A DNA stretch of 59,223 nucleotides, taken from contig JARFYF010000084.1 in assembly GCA_030265395.1 (NCBI GenBank), positions 78,063,432 through 78,122,654 of the forward strand. Reading direction: 5' to 3'. Origin of the DNA: Rhina ancylostomus. Taxonomy: Eukaryota. Of the stretch, positions 38,175 to 50,267 are shown piece by piece. The notes under the pieces were generated by a model. That model ran no database searches, was not told the origin of the DNA, and saw only the letters and a list, made by a program, of their open reading frames with translations. A program made the translations under genes and the position numbers. Position 1 is the stretch's first letter. Each line of letters starts with the position of its first letter.

Positions 38175-41100
38175 ATTGGTCCCCCAATGGCAATTGAGAA
38201 GTGGAAGAACAGATATATAGACAGATTATGGAAAGGTGCAGGAACAACATGGTTGCCGTAGTGGGGAACTTTAAATTCCCCAGTATTGATTGGAACTTCC
38301 TTAACATAAGAAGCTTGGATAGGAGCTGGTTTTCTTAGGTGCATCTGAGAGGGGTTCTTGAAACAGTATGTGGAGAGTCCAACTAGAGGAGAGGACCTAC
38401 TGGACCTAGTTTTGGGAAATGATCTAGGCCAGATGATGGACCTGATATTGGGTGAACATTTTGGGGGAGAAATGACCACAACTTGTTATGTTTTGGGATG
38501 GTTATGAGTAAGGATAAAATTGGATCTTGCAGGCAGGTACTAAATTGGGGGAGGGAAAATTATGACAGGAGCTAAGGGGGTGGTGATTGGGAACAAATGG
38601 TGTCAGATGACACATCTGATATGTAGGAGTTATTTAGAGAGCAACTGATCAGAGTTCAGAATTGGTATGTTCTGGTAAGGACAAGGATGGTAAGGTGAAG
38701 AACCTTGGATGGTCTGAGTGGTCCTAAATTTAGTCAGGAAGGAAAAGGAAGCATATGCCAGGTTGAGGAAGCTAAAGTCACTGGGCCCTTGTGAACTAAA
38801 AGATAGCAGGAAAGTGCTCAAGCAGGCCATTAGAAAGGCCAAAAGGGGCCATGAAATGTACTTGGTAAGGAGGATCAAGGAGAATCCCAACGCATTTTAA
38901 GTATAAAAAAAGGAGATAACTCAGGAGACCATAGGTCCACTCAAGGACAAAGGAGGGAATTTATGCTTGGAGTCAGAGCAAGTGGCTGATATACTAAGTG
39001 AGTACTTTGTGTCGGTATTTACCAAGGTGAAGGATTTGGGAACAACTCCCAAACTAGGTTATGGCAGCAAAACATTTGCTTCTCAAGCTTATTGTAAAGA
39101 GCTATGGACTGAAATGGGAAATCAGAATGCAGTGTGAGTCTCTTTGAGGAAAGAGAACCAAGCTTGATTAGCACATGTATTCCAAAGAATTTGTCAAGTT
39201 GTTTTGGCAAAAAGATAAAAATTAAACAATAGCAACAAATCAATGCAGCATTTTAAATGTATCAAAGTGCTCCAAGTTGTTCGTAGGACCCTCCTCAAAT
39301 ATAATTTGACACCAAGCTGCATAAAGAAACCTAACAAATGCTTGGACAAAGATAGTTTTAAGGAGATTACAAAGGAAAGGTGGAGGGGGGGGGGGAATAA
39401 CAGAGCTTAAGGCCTTAGTAGCAAAAGGCACAGGCATCGATGATGGAGTGGGGCATGCTAATGTGCTGGGACATCTTGAGATTGAGGAGGAGGTAGTGCT
39501 GGGTCTTCTGAAAAGCATTAAGGTGGATAAGTCCTTGGGGCCTGATGGCATATATCCCAGAATATTGAAAAAAGCAAGCAGATTGCTGGGGTTTTGAGAA
39601 AGATCTTTGTCCTCACTAGCAATGGGTGAGTTCACTTAGAACTGGAGAGTAGCAAATGTTGGTCCTTTATTCAAGAAGGGAAATGGGAATAATCCAGGTA
39701 ATTATAGGCCAGCTTGGGTCAGTGGTAGGGAAGCTGTTGGAGGGGATACTGAAGGATAGGATTTGTCNNNNNNNNNNCCTGTTTGAGGACAGTAGGCATG
39801 GCTTTGGGTGGGGCAGGTCATGCCTTACAAACTTGAGTTTCTTGAGGAGGTGACAAAGGTGCTTGAGAAGGGTAAGGCAGTAGACATTATCTAGTGGACT
39901 TCAGTAAGGCACTTGAAAAGGTCCCTCATGGTAGATTGATTCAGAAGATTAAATGTGCATGAGATCCAGAGTGAATTGCAAGTTTGGATTTGGAACTGGC
40001 TTGCCCATGGAAGTAAGAGGGTACTGGTGGAAGGTTGTTATTCTGGCTGGAGGTCCATGACCAGTGGTGTTCTGCAAGGATCGGTGCTGGGACCTCTTGT
40101 TTGTGATGTATATCAATGATTTGGATGGAAATGTAGATGGGTGGAATAGCAAGTTTGCAGATGGTACCAAGATTGGTGGAGTTATGGACAGTGTAAAGGA
40201 CTACCAAAGAATACAGTAGGATATAGATCAGTTACAGATGTGGGCAGAGAAGTGGCAGATGGAGTTTAATCTGGGCAATTGTGAGGTGTTGCACTTTGAG
40301 AGGTCAAATGAAAGGAGAAAATATNNNNNNNNNNNNNNNNNNNNNNNNNNNNNNNNNNNNNNNNNNNNNNNNNNNNNNNNNNNNNNNNNNNNNNNNNNNN
40401 NNNNNNNNNNNNNNNNNNNNNNNNGCAATTGTGAGGTGTTGCACTTTGAGAGGTCAAATGAAAGGAGAAAATATACAGTCAGTGGTAGGCCTATTAATAG
40501 CATTGAAATAGAAGGATTTTGGGGTCTAATTCCATAGTTCACCGAAAGTGGCTATGCAAGTGGATGAGGTGGTAAAGGTGGCATATGGCATGCTCGCTTC
40601 ATTGGGAGGGGTGTTGAGTATAAGAGTAAGGAAGTCAAGCTGAAGCTATATAAAACTTTAGTCAGATTGCACTTGGAGTATAGTATGAAGTTCTAGTCAG
40701 CCCATTTTCGGAAGGATTTGAAAACTGGAAAGGGTGCAGAAGAGGTTCACTAGGATGCTGCCTGGATGAGAGGGTATGAGCTACAAGAAAAAGTTGGACA
40801 AACTTGGGTTGATATCCCTGGAGTGTTGAAGCAGAGGGGACACCTGAGGCGTTTTTAATATTATGAAAGGCATAGATTCGGTAGAATCGGAATCTTTTTC
40901 CCAGTGTAAAAATGTCAAACACCAAAGGACATGCTTCTAAGATTAGAGATGGGGAAACTTAAAGGTGATATGAGGGGCGATTTTTTTATGCAGAGTGGTA
41001 GTTACCTGGAATGGGTTACCAGAGGTACTCGTGGAAGCAGGTAATTTGTTGGAGTTTGAGGCTTTTGTAATATGAAGGATATGGATGATACATAGGAGGA

Positions 41101-41175
41101 GGACATTTAGTAAAAATTGGCATCAAAATCAGCATAACATGGGCTGACTGGCCTGTCCAGTGCTATACTATTCTG
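38175..41175 (+). mobile_element. Long 5'-truncated CR1 LINE (endonuclease end, RT, 3' UTR), disrupted
   Basis: VVGNFKFPSIDW, QYVESPTR..LDLVL, KSLGPDGIYPRIL, INDLD..SKFADGTK, WAEKWQMEFN..CEVLHF. Many stops and frameshifts; unrelated segment at ~39040-39420. Confidence 0.92.
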
Positions 41176-41199
41176 TGTTAAGAACTTAAGGGGCAAGAT

Positions 41200-41405
41200 T
41201 ATCCTCACATCATGGTAGATACATGGAACAAGCTGCCAGAAAAAATGGGAAGGGCAGGCTTTAAAATGCATTTGGGCAGGTATATGGATAGGAAGGGAAT
41301 AGAGGGATATGGTCCAAATGCAGGAAGGGGATTGGCATAGATGGGCACCTTGGTTGGCATGGACAAATCGAGCTGAAGGGCCTGTTTCTGTGCTGAATGA
41401 CAATA
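41200..41405 (+). mobile_element. Second CR1 3' end
   Basis: gagggatatggtccaaatgcagg..gctgaagggcctgtttctgtgctg. Confidence 0.75.
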
Positions 41406-41639
41406 TGCTTTGTATTCACCCCTTTGCTTTTAGGTCTACTTTTTGCTCATCTTTTTCAAAGCCCTCATTGTGTTTGATCTTAGTGGTTGTAGCCTTTCAG
41501 TTCTGGTAATATCCTTGTACATATTTTGTCTATTGCTTTAGTGTCCCTTTCCCAGGGAAAACTGAACTGCTCACAGTACCCTCAAATATGGTTTAACCAA
41601 TCCTCAAGATAGATTTAGCATTGTGCTCTGGTTTGGGTT

Positions 41640-42250
41640 TCTATTCTTCTAGCAATGTTTACATTGAGCAGTCCCTCTGGATTAAGGATGACTGACTTCC
41701 TCTCTAGTTTATAGGTTCTGAGGTGGCTAATGATGCCAGTGTGTGTGATCTGCAGACTCTTCCATAGATGGGACTGGAGATACTCTGTGGGTTGGGTGGG
41801 TGGATGTGATGTAATGCTTTCGTTGAATGTGGTGGTCACCTTTTGGACTCCAATTCATGGATGATAGGTTCTCAATACTGTCTTGATTGCTCTCTCCATT
41901 TGGAGAGATCATGGGCCAGAAGATTCTCAAGGGTGAATTATAGTACATCCTTTGTTTTACTTTGGGATTGTGGGGTGGAAGGGAAAGAGAGGGGTGGAGG
42001 AGGAAGTTGGTGGAAATGGGAACGAGTATTCAAGGAATCTGGTGTCAGGCATACGAATTGCATGGCCTGCTCAATGCAACTGACTGGTGATGTTGACCTG
42101 GCAGAGGATATTGATATTTGGGCTATCCTTGGAGTGAATTTGAAGTATTTTCCATTAGTATTTTTCTAATGTGTTTGAGTGCCAGTGGTGGGATATAAAA
42201 CGGCAGGATAACTTTACTGTTTGCACACTTTATGACCATATCTTGTGTGG
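41640..42250 (-). mobile_element. RTE-like LINE fragment, decayed
   Basis: ggatgactgacttcctctctagttt..ggttctgaggtggctaatg..cagactcttcc resembles an RTE-type 3' end. Confidence 0.4.
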
Positions 42251-45200
42251 CTACTTGTAGAAATTCATGAATCTATTTATTGTATAAACTTTACCCAGCA
42301 AATCTTTGATCAGGTTTGCTTTTCATCTGTCTGAGGCACTCCTGAACTGTGTCCCTATGAGATGCACTTCATTTAACTGTTGTAATTTTGTTTGCTGAGA
42401 TCCATGGGGGAAAGAAAGGACTTGAATTTAAATTGCTTCTTTCTTGAATTCTGGATGCCTCACAACTTAAATTCTTTGAGTAAAGCTGTTTTTGTAATTT
42501 GGTGAAATGTGGTTGACTGTTGGCACACTGCAAGATCTGCATTAACAGAACAATACAATATTGAACAAATTTTGTCAGTACACCGCCTTTCTTGGGCCTT
42601 AGTTAAACACTTGCTAATTAAGTAGATATTGAAACATTGGCATAGGAACATTGGAGGGTCATGACATTGGGTTGGATTGTTCTGGATCTGACGTACTGAA
42701 CATGATACCAACCCACTTAACTGTTCTGGATATGGAGGGCTGGTTGAGCCGACCCTTTACCCAAGAAATGTCCTTTGAGATAGAATGTACTTTCCACTCG
42801 AGTCACCCTTGACCCCAGTATGCCCTGGTGTCCTTTGTCAATCTGCTGCTGTTGAAAGCTTTGGGGTTATTTTAAAGTCTACCACAGGAACTTTTATAGA
42901 CTGTTCAGATTTTAAATTCAATTACTTATGTTTAAAAGCTTAAAATATATTGAAATGGGAAAAAATTGAACATTTTAAGTAGAATTTATAAACCACTTCC
43001 CTTCAGTTTCCTGTTTTCAAAGGGTTGCAGGCCCCATCCAAACAAATGAGGTGGCTCTGTATGCCAGCCTTCCCCTCTGCTCTGTCACTGGGTCCAGTGT
43101 GGAGCAAGAAATTGGAAGCACTGGTATCTGACCTTGACATGTTTCTGAATTCCAGGAGTAGTAGAAAGCTCGCAGTTCCCTATAGACCCATCAGCAAAGC
43201 ATGATGGACTTACTAATTCCCAGTTTAAAACTTTTTCCTGGATGATTTTAGGCAGCTGGGTGTTCTTGGGAAGTTGTGAACTCTGGAGGGAATTAGTTGA
43301 GTTTTATATAATGTTGAAGAGGGCTGCCTTTTAGAATTTTCCAATTAAATGAGCAAGGTGAGAACATGATCTCTCCAATGCTTGTAAAGGGAAAAAGATG
43401 TTAGGAAGTGGTCCTTTTATCACATTGAATAGCAGAGCAGCAATCAATAGGGCCTTGCTGTTGTATTTGTACCTCACATTTGTCAAATTAAGTGATGACC
43501 TTGGATCAGATTTGCAGCAGGACTGTTCCTCTTCAGAAAATGCAGTGGAATTGTCTGCCCATTGGGCTTAATGTTGGAGCTGAGACGAGGCTGATTCCTT
43601 GCAAGGAGTAGATCCTTTGAAGCTGAAGGATATTTTGCAGGCTGCAGGCACAATGTTGGTTTATGAGAAAAGCATGAACAGTGTACACAACACAAGCAAT
43701 TGAACTTGGGCAAAGAATTCTGTAAATGGCACGGAGGAAATAAGGAGATGCCACTGGTTTGGTTGCTACTGATTATTTGCACTTGAGTTAAATGCATTTG
43801 CAGTTCTCATGGTTCTTGAATGTTAATGAAATTGCTAAGTTGTTTCTTGCATTAAAATTACTATTTCAATTTTCATTTAATTCAATTCAGTTGAATCAAT
43901 CTGAAGGCTGAAAGTTTGAGCTTAGTGGGCAAGGAGCTTTTGTGTCCTATTGGGGTATAGCAACCTGCTTGGTCATGGTTGCTGCTATACCCCAGAGCAA
44001 GCTAATGTATTGGAGAATGAAATGTCTTTGGAAGTGGGGTCTGCTATCCTTTAGCAATCTGAATAACTACTCCTCCTAGTGCTCATTTTTCAGCCCTTAA
44101 TACCTCTGGTGAAACTACATTTAAACTTGAGTGTTGGAATAGTGATCAGGGTCAGAAAGATACTGCTGTGAATGAATGGGCTTGCCGATCATTTGGGGTG
44201 GTGGTGGTCACATGTTGGGAGATTGCCCCATTACAATATAGCATCAATTACTGTTCTGAGGTGTGAGCTTGTGATAGGAGAAATTGCATTCTTTTTCTTT
44301 TTGTTCTTCTCTTCCTCTTATTCAGGGGTAGGTTTTAAAGAGAATTGTGGAGAGGTATATGGAGATTGGGCAGCTGGAGGTACAGCTATTAGTGCTCGAG
44401 CAATAAAAATAGGGATTTTCAAGTGGCTAGAATTGGAAGAATCCAGAGTCTGTGTATGGTAGGTCTAGAGGTTGGAGTTGATGAACAGGGCAAAACAGAT
44501 TTTTAAAAACTGGAGGTGTATTGATATTACTGTTGAACTTAACATGATGTGTTTCTTGCTTTTCAAGTGGTCATATGACAAATTTTGAATTGTTCATTAT
44601 GATCACTTAATGTCTCTGAAGAAATTAAGTTGATATCACAGGCATGCAGAGGAGAAATTTTCAGCTGATTAATTCCTGGAAAGTTTCATTTACTGTTGAA
44701 ATGTTCCAGGCCTGAAAAGTTAACTATTTTTCCTTCCACAGATGCTGTTTGACCTGAACTTTCCCAGGATTTTCTGTTTTTTATTGCAGTTAGTCATTTG
44801 ATGTTTAAGGTTGGGATCTTGAAACCTTGCAATTCCTTAACACTCTCAGTAGTTTCAGTTATGCTGGCACCTGGAGAGCAGACCTTTTTGTATGGTTCAC
44901 ATTTTCCTTTATCATGTCATTTAACTTCCATGTTCCTTCACTTCCAAGCCTCTGTTTAAGAGTTTTGTTTTGCATGTTACTTGTGTTGCTATTATATAAT
45001 CAAATTTTGTAATTAAAATATTCAAAAGTTAAGCAGCTGGTTTAACATTGGCTGAAATGATTCTAAAAGTTGAGCTCTTGTCAGTAATTATTCTCATCCT
45101 TTTACTTGCAGATTAAATGTTATGGTTAATGAGGTTAAACCCAGATACTGTAGATCTGAACTTGACAGTGTGTTCATAGTAGGTGAAGGAAATGCGAAGT

Positions 45201-45734
45201 TGAATTGGTGATTTACTTAGTTTTCAATATAAATCCAAGTTGGGCTGTGGGTGAGTTTACAGTCCATCTGCATTGGTTGTTGGTGCACACCAGTTCATGC
45301 AAGTTTAACTCTACCTTGCTTTGTAGCCTTATTGTTTGAAATCTTTAATTCTCAAATTGTAATCCATCTATTAACCATTGTAGGGTTTTGAATTGGGTTA
45401 TTTAGTTTTGGGAACCTGACATTAAGCTTGAATTTTATCCTATTACTTTGAGAGCCCACCTTGTGGGGTCTTACTGAGTTTCATTTTGTTCCTGATGTCA
45501 TTTTACATCCTTTGTTTTGCTGTTTATCTTGTTTAGTATAATTATTCCACAACTGAAGCACAAGGTAATCAGTGTCAGCTCTGACTCCACTTGTTTAATT
45601 TACTCTGTTCATCAACACAATGCTTTTCCTGCTAGACTGGTGCACTGAGTTACCAAATCTGTATATGCTAACATTAGATTATGAATGCAAAATGTGTTGT
45701 TTGGATGGATCATAGTTTGCTTTTCATTGTACAG

Positions 45735-45846
45735 GCAAAGAGAAGATTGGAATTAGATGAAAGTGATCATCAGTACCTGGCCACTGATATATGTACTCCA
45801 AAAGGAAAAGGAAGGGGTACAATGAGAAGCCCCAGTAGTCCAAGAA
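45735..45846 (+). CDS. E2F3: E2F3 exon 2 (cyclin A-binding/NLS region)
   Basis: 112 nt, [37 protein letters not shown], close to E2F3 AKRRLELGESGHQYL...KTPKGKGR. Boundaries tacag / gtaagt. Confidence 0.96.
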
Positions 45847-46869
45847 GTAAGTAGAATCCAGTTGTACCTTGTGTATTCATGCTGGGGATAAATACATAGA
45901 GAACAAGTATGTTGCATTGAATTTGGGGGTCAACTTCCTTGGTTGTAGGAGTTTCCAGGGAAAAGAGCATAAGATGCAGTATTAAACTAACTAGATAGTT
46001 CTGCAATTAGTGGCATAGAGCAATACAGCACAGGTACAGGCCCATTGAGTCCATGCTGACTATGGTGCTCATAAGCTTGCTATAAACTTGATGTCAGCTA
46101 CGAGCAGGATACTGGCAGATTTCCTGTTTTCACCTTTTTAATCTGCTAATTTTTCAATGTTCTTGTGTCAAACAAATTCCAGTTTTAATCTTCTGTTTGC
46201 TTTCATCTAAATATCAGGCAGCAATAAGAATTAAGTTACTAAAATTAGGCANNNNNGTTTCTTGTCCAGCAGTTTAAGAAGTTCAAACTTACTCAGCTTG
46301 CTCTCCTGATATGTTTTGAGCTATGAAAGCTTGGCCAGGGTTCAGTGTTATTTTCTGATCTCAATAGCAGGGAATGTCAGTGACTTCCAATAAATTATTT
46401 ATGTATTCAAATGCAATTTTAATTTTGGCTAGCTGAAAATGAGTAGTTGAAATCAGTTTTTAAATTTTTATATATGTACTTGAACATATAACATGAAGTA
46501 TAGGTTGGAAATCTGTATTTATTCATGTTTAATTTATTTTGACAGACCACTCAGCTTATCCAATCTATACTGGCTCACAAAGCAATCTCATGGCCTCATC
46601 AATTTCCCTGCAACCTATTCTGTCTCATTTCTATTAACTTACAGCTAGGAGAACATCATTGCTGCATCTATTCTGCTGGGTGCCATAAGAATTTTGCATT
46701 ATTAAATGAGACCACCTCTCCTCTGAGAGAGTGTAGACCATCTGTTTAATCTTTCCTTGGGAGGGCTGACCAGACCAGTACATGATATTCCAGCTCTGCT
46801 CACACCAAGTCCCTGAGTAATTAAGTTTTTACTCTTGCACTCAAATCTTCCAGCAGTAAAGGCCAATAT

Positions 46870-47066
46870 ATCACAAAAACAGAAAATGCTGCAAGTACTC
46901 AGCAGGTCAGGCAGCATCTGTGTGAAGAAAAACAGTTAACATTTCATATTGAAGTCCTTTTGTCAAGTTCTGATGAAAGATCTTTGATCTAGAATGTTAA
47001 CTTGGTTTCTCTTTCCACAGATGCTGTCTGACTTGCTGAGTATTTCCAGCATTTCTGCTCTTATTT
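46870..47066. mobile_element. Inverted pair of Penelope tails (palindromic element)
   Basis: Arms ~46876-46946 and ~46990-47062 are imperfect reverse complements. Confidence 0.85.
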
Positions 47067-47072
47067 AATTTT

Positions 47073-47308
47073 AAAACTTAAAACTTTATTCGGCATGGTA
47101 ACAGGCACTTCTGGCCCAACGAGCCAGTGCTGCTCAATTACACCTATGTTAACCGGTCTTTGGAATGTGGGAAGAAATCAAACCACCCAGAGGAAACCCA
47201 TGCAGGGATGGGGAGAATGAACAAACTCATTATAGACAGTGGGAATTGAACCCCGATCACTGGTGCTGTGATAGCATTGTGCTAACTGCTATGCTACTGT
47301 GCTGCCCC
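47073..47308 (-). mobile_element. V-SINE nested in the Penelope tail
   Basis: Reverse complement of head gggcagcacagtagcatagcagttagc and V domain; aatttt duplicated at 47067-47072 and 47309-47314. Confidence 0.85.
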
Positions 47309-47319
47309 AATTTTCCAGA

Positions 47320-47930
47320 CCAATATGTTTGCCTTCCTAATTAACGTATCTGTAAGTTAACTCTCGGTTATTTGCGGACATGGACATAGAGTCCCTTTCA
47401 ACACCCTGAAATCTGTCATTTAAAAAAAACAACCCTGGTTTTCCCATCTTTTATCTAAAACAGATGATCTTGCATTTTTCCACATTATATTCTATCTGGC
47501 ATGTCTGCATTTCATTCATTCAGCCTGCCTGCAGCCACCTCATAACTTGCACTGCTGCACAGCTTTGGCCTCAGCAAACTTGAGTATTTTGCACTTGGTC
47601 CTCCTAATCTAAATTATTGTTATAGATTGAAAGGCTGAAGCCTCAATTCTGATCCCTGTGGCACTCCATTAGTTACAGCCACCCAATCTGAAAATGACTT
47701 TCTTATTGTGTTCTACCTGTTAACCAATCAATATTATGGTATGTTCCCATGCTCTTTAATTTTGTATAATAACTTATTTTAGGCCTTCTGAAGATCTGAA
47801 TGAGTCATATCCACAGTTCCTCTTGTTTGTTCTGCTAGTTATAACCTCCAGAAAAATATCTAATGCACTTGTCAAACACTATTTCCTATTGACAATTCCA
47901 TTTTGACTTCGCCCAGTCCTCCTGATTATA
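47320..47930 (-). mobile_element. Old CR1 RT fragment (continues from ~46700-46869)
   Basis: tttttccacattatattctatctggca..cagcaaacttg..gatccctgtggcactcca (antisense SGVPQG, KFA). Confidence 0.7.
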
Positions 47931-48584
47931 TTGGTGTTATGTGCAAAGATATTACATTTTTTAATTAATATTACTTTGATTATCTTTGTAGGTCACTGGC
48001 TATTGGTATGCACTTTTAGAATTATTTTATATCATATTTTGTAGCAATTAATCCGGTTGAAATGTTGGTAACCTAGTGTTGGAGATGATCATGTTTATCC
48101 TTTAAGGATGAAATTGCAAATAGGGTATGTATCTCCTGGGAGATCTGTCCCTGGAGGAAAGAGGCAAACTTGCTGGAAATGGTGAGACTTTGCACCTGTG
48201 TTAATGTGTTTTGAGTAAGTGGGGTTGTTTTTGGGCAATGATCCAGTCTGGCATCTAAGTTTCTTGTTTGTTAGTTGCCATTTGAAACCTCATCCAGAAT
48301 TTCATGTCCACTATTGTCTTGTTAATTCATATTCAGTGTTAACAAATGTAGAAATAGCCTTGTCCTTGCAAATTGGATAAGATGTGTTGAGGTTTGCTGA
48401 TGTGCTTCAAGTTGCCTCCATTTTGTTTTTCTTAGTGAAGTCTTGTTATTATTTCCCTTGCTGGTTATTTATTGGAGCTTTGGATCAAATCTAGACTTTA
48501 TATCATCCACCCAAAGCCAGATTGCTTAGCAAATGTAAAGTAGAACACTGACCCCTAGGGACAGCATTGAATGTTTCCCTCATT

Positions 48585-48695
48585 CTTTGATGCAGAGTTT
48601 TGACTGGAACAGCGACCATCCCTTTGCCTCCACTGCAATTCAACCTGCTGAGTTCTTCCAGCAGCTTTTGTGTTCCAGATTCCAGCATCTACAGT
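48585..48695 (+). mobile_element. Penelope-like tail fragment
   Basis: acctgctgagttcttccagcagcttttgtgttccagattccagcatctacagtc. Confidence 0.65.
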
Positions 48696-48849
48696 CTCTT
48701 CAGTCTCCATTCTGTCTGTTTGCCAATGCTTCCTTAATTACACGAGCTTCTGCTTTACTAATGTCTATTATGTGGTACTTAATCACTTTCCTTTCGAAAG
48801 TTCACATGCAACGTCAATTGCACTGCCAAATAAAAACTTTTTTTAAAAA

Positions 48850-49260
48850 ATGAAGATGCTAGAGATCTGAAGTAAAACAGAAAAAGCAAAGAAGTATCTG
48901 CGGAAAGGAAAATAGTGTTATTTCACATTAGATGAGAGAAAATGAAGTTAGGCTAAGGTGGGGAGAGGTTGGGGGAGGGAAGATAGGACTAAATGGATAT
49001 CTGTGGTAGTGTAAACTGATGGCGGGGGGAGAGAACCTAAGACAGGAGAAATGCAGCAGAATGGCCAACTCTTATACTGTATAGACAAGGCGAGTTACTT
49101 GAAGTTGGACAATTCAATATAGTCTGGAAAGCTGCAAAGCAAGATAAAGTGATGTCTGCAGCTTGTGTTAGGCCTCATTATAACAGTGCAACAGACCACC
49201 AGTCAGAATGGGACTGGGATAGTTAGTGGCAGGCATTGGGAGCTTTGTATTGCTCCAAAG
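48850..49260 (-). mobile_element. Penelope-like 3' fragment
   Basis: ttacttgaagttggacaattcaatat..ggaaagctgcaaag..gcagcttgtgtt is antisense to the 9840-9925 segment. Confidence 0.6.
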
Positions 49261-49563
49261 ATGCTGGTTCAATTTTTCCTCTCTCCATAAGCATAGCCTA
49301 TACCTTTTTTGGTGTGGCTCTGTGAAATGCCACTGATATGATACACCAGGATGGTCATAGTACATCCTGAGCTCAGAACCCATAAATTTTTCATGCCATT
49401 ATATGGATGTTTAATTGAGATTGGCCTAATCTGTTAGGAGCTCCTATGCTTTGGTGCTTCTTTGTTTGCAAGTCAAAATATTTCCACTTTTAAATACTGA
49501 CCTCCTGCACTCTACTGATTGGAAAAGGTCTGGCTATGAAATCTTAAATAACAGTGAAAAATA

Positions 49564-49604
49564 ATCACTTCTTGGCCTTTTGGTTAAGAAAGTGTAGTAT
49601 GTGT
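49564..49604 (+). pseudogene. 3'-truncated U2 snRNA copy (first ~40 nt)
   Basis: atcacttcttggccttttggttaagaaagtgtagtatgtgt versus U2 ATCGCTTCTCGGCCTTTTGGCTAAGATCAAGTGTAGTATCTGT. Differences include CpG-type transitions; GTAGTA branch-pairing sequence retained. Confidence 0.85.
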
Positions 49605-50047
49605 AATTGTGGATGAATGGTCAATTTTATGATGGATTAGATTTTTCTTGCCTCTGAGAAAATTTTACTCAGAAATGTATTGATTTTCAAATCTTCCAAT
49701 TAAGATTTCTTCTTTGAGAGTCGGCATCCATTAGGGAGCCATAATTCTTCTATGCTACCCAAATGAACCTGTATCCTGGCAGGCAATTTAAGCAATTTTA
49801 CTAAGAACATTATCTCAGTGACTTTTGTTTCATTCATATTTATAAACCTTTGCTTCTAGTCCAGTGTATAAGGATTTTGAGGCAAGTTAATATAAGTTAG
49901 GAATTGGAGATTGCTATGTAATAGGGACCTTCTTGTTGGAATACAGGTGGACCAGCACTTAATCTCAAGTTTGAGAGCAATAATATTTAAGTTTGAATTT
50001 CATATGATCCATGTCAGTGACAGTTTACAATTCCTTCCACACCACAG

Positions 50048-50267
50048 CTCCCAGGTCCCCATCAGAGAAGACGCGCTACAATACTTCTCTGGTTCCCCTC
50101 ACGAAGAACGTTATTCAGCTCTTGGGTCAATCCCCAGATGGTGTGTTGGATTTGAACAGAGCTGCAGAGGTCTTAAATGTGCCAAAGCGAAGAATCTACG
50201 ACATCACTAATGTGTTGGAGGGTATTCATCTCATTGAAAAGAAATCCAAAAATAATGTTCAGTGGAT
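50048..50267 (+). CDS. E2F3: E2F3 exon 3 (winged-helix DNA-binding domain)
   Basis: 220 nt, (T)[72 protein letters not shown](M). RRIYD motif intact; cag / gtaagt boundaries; phases consistent. Confidence 0.97.

Noticed and set aside
40275-40474. Exact ~50-nt direct repeat flanking a 100-N gap
   Set aside because: Unmerged contig overlap; assembly artefact.
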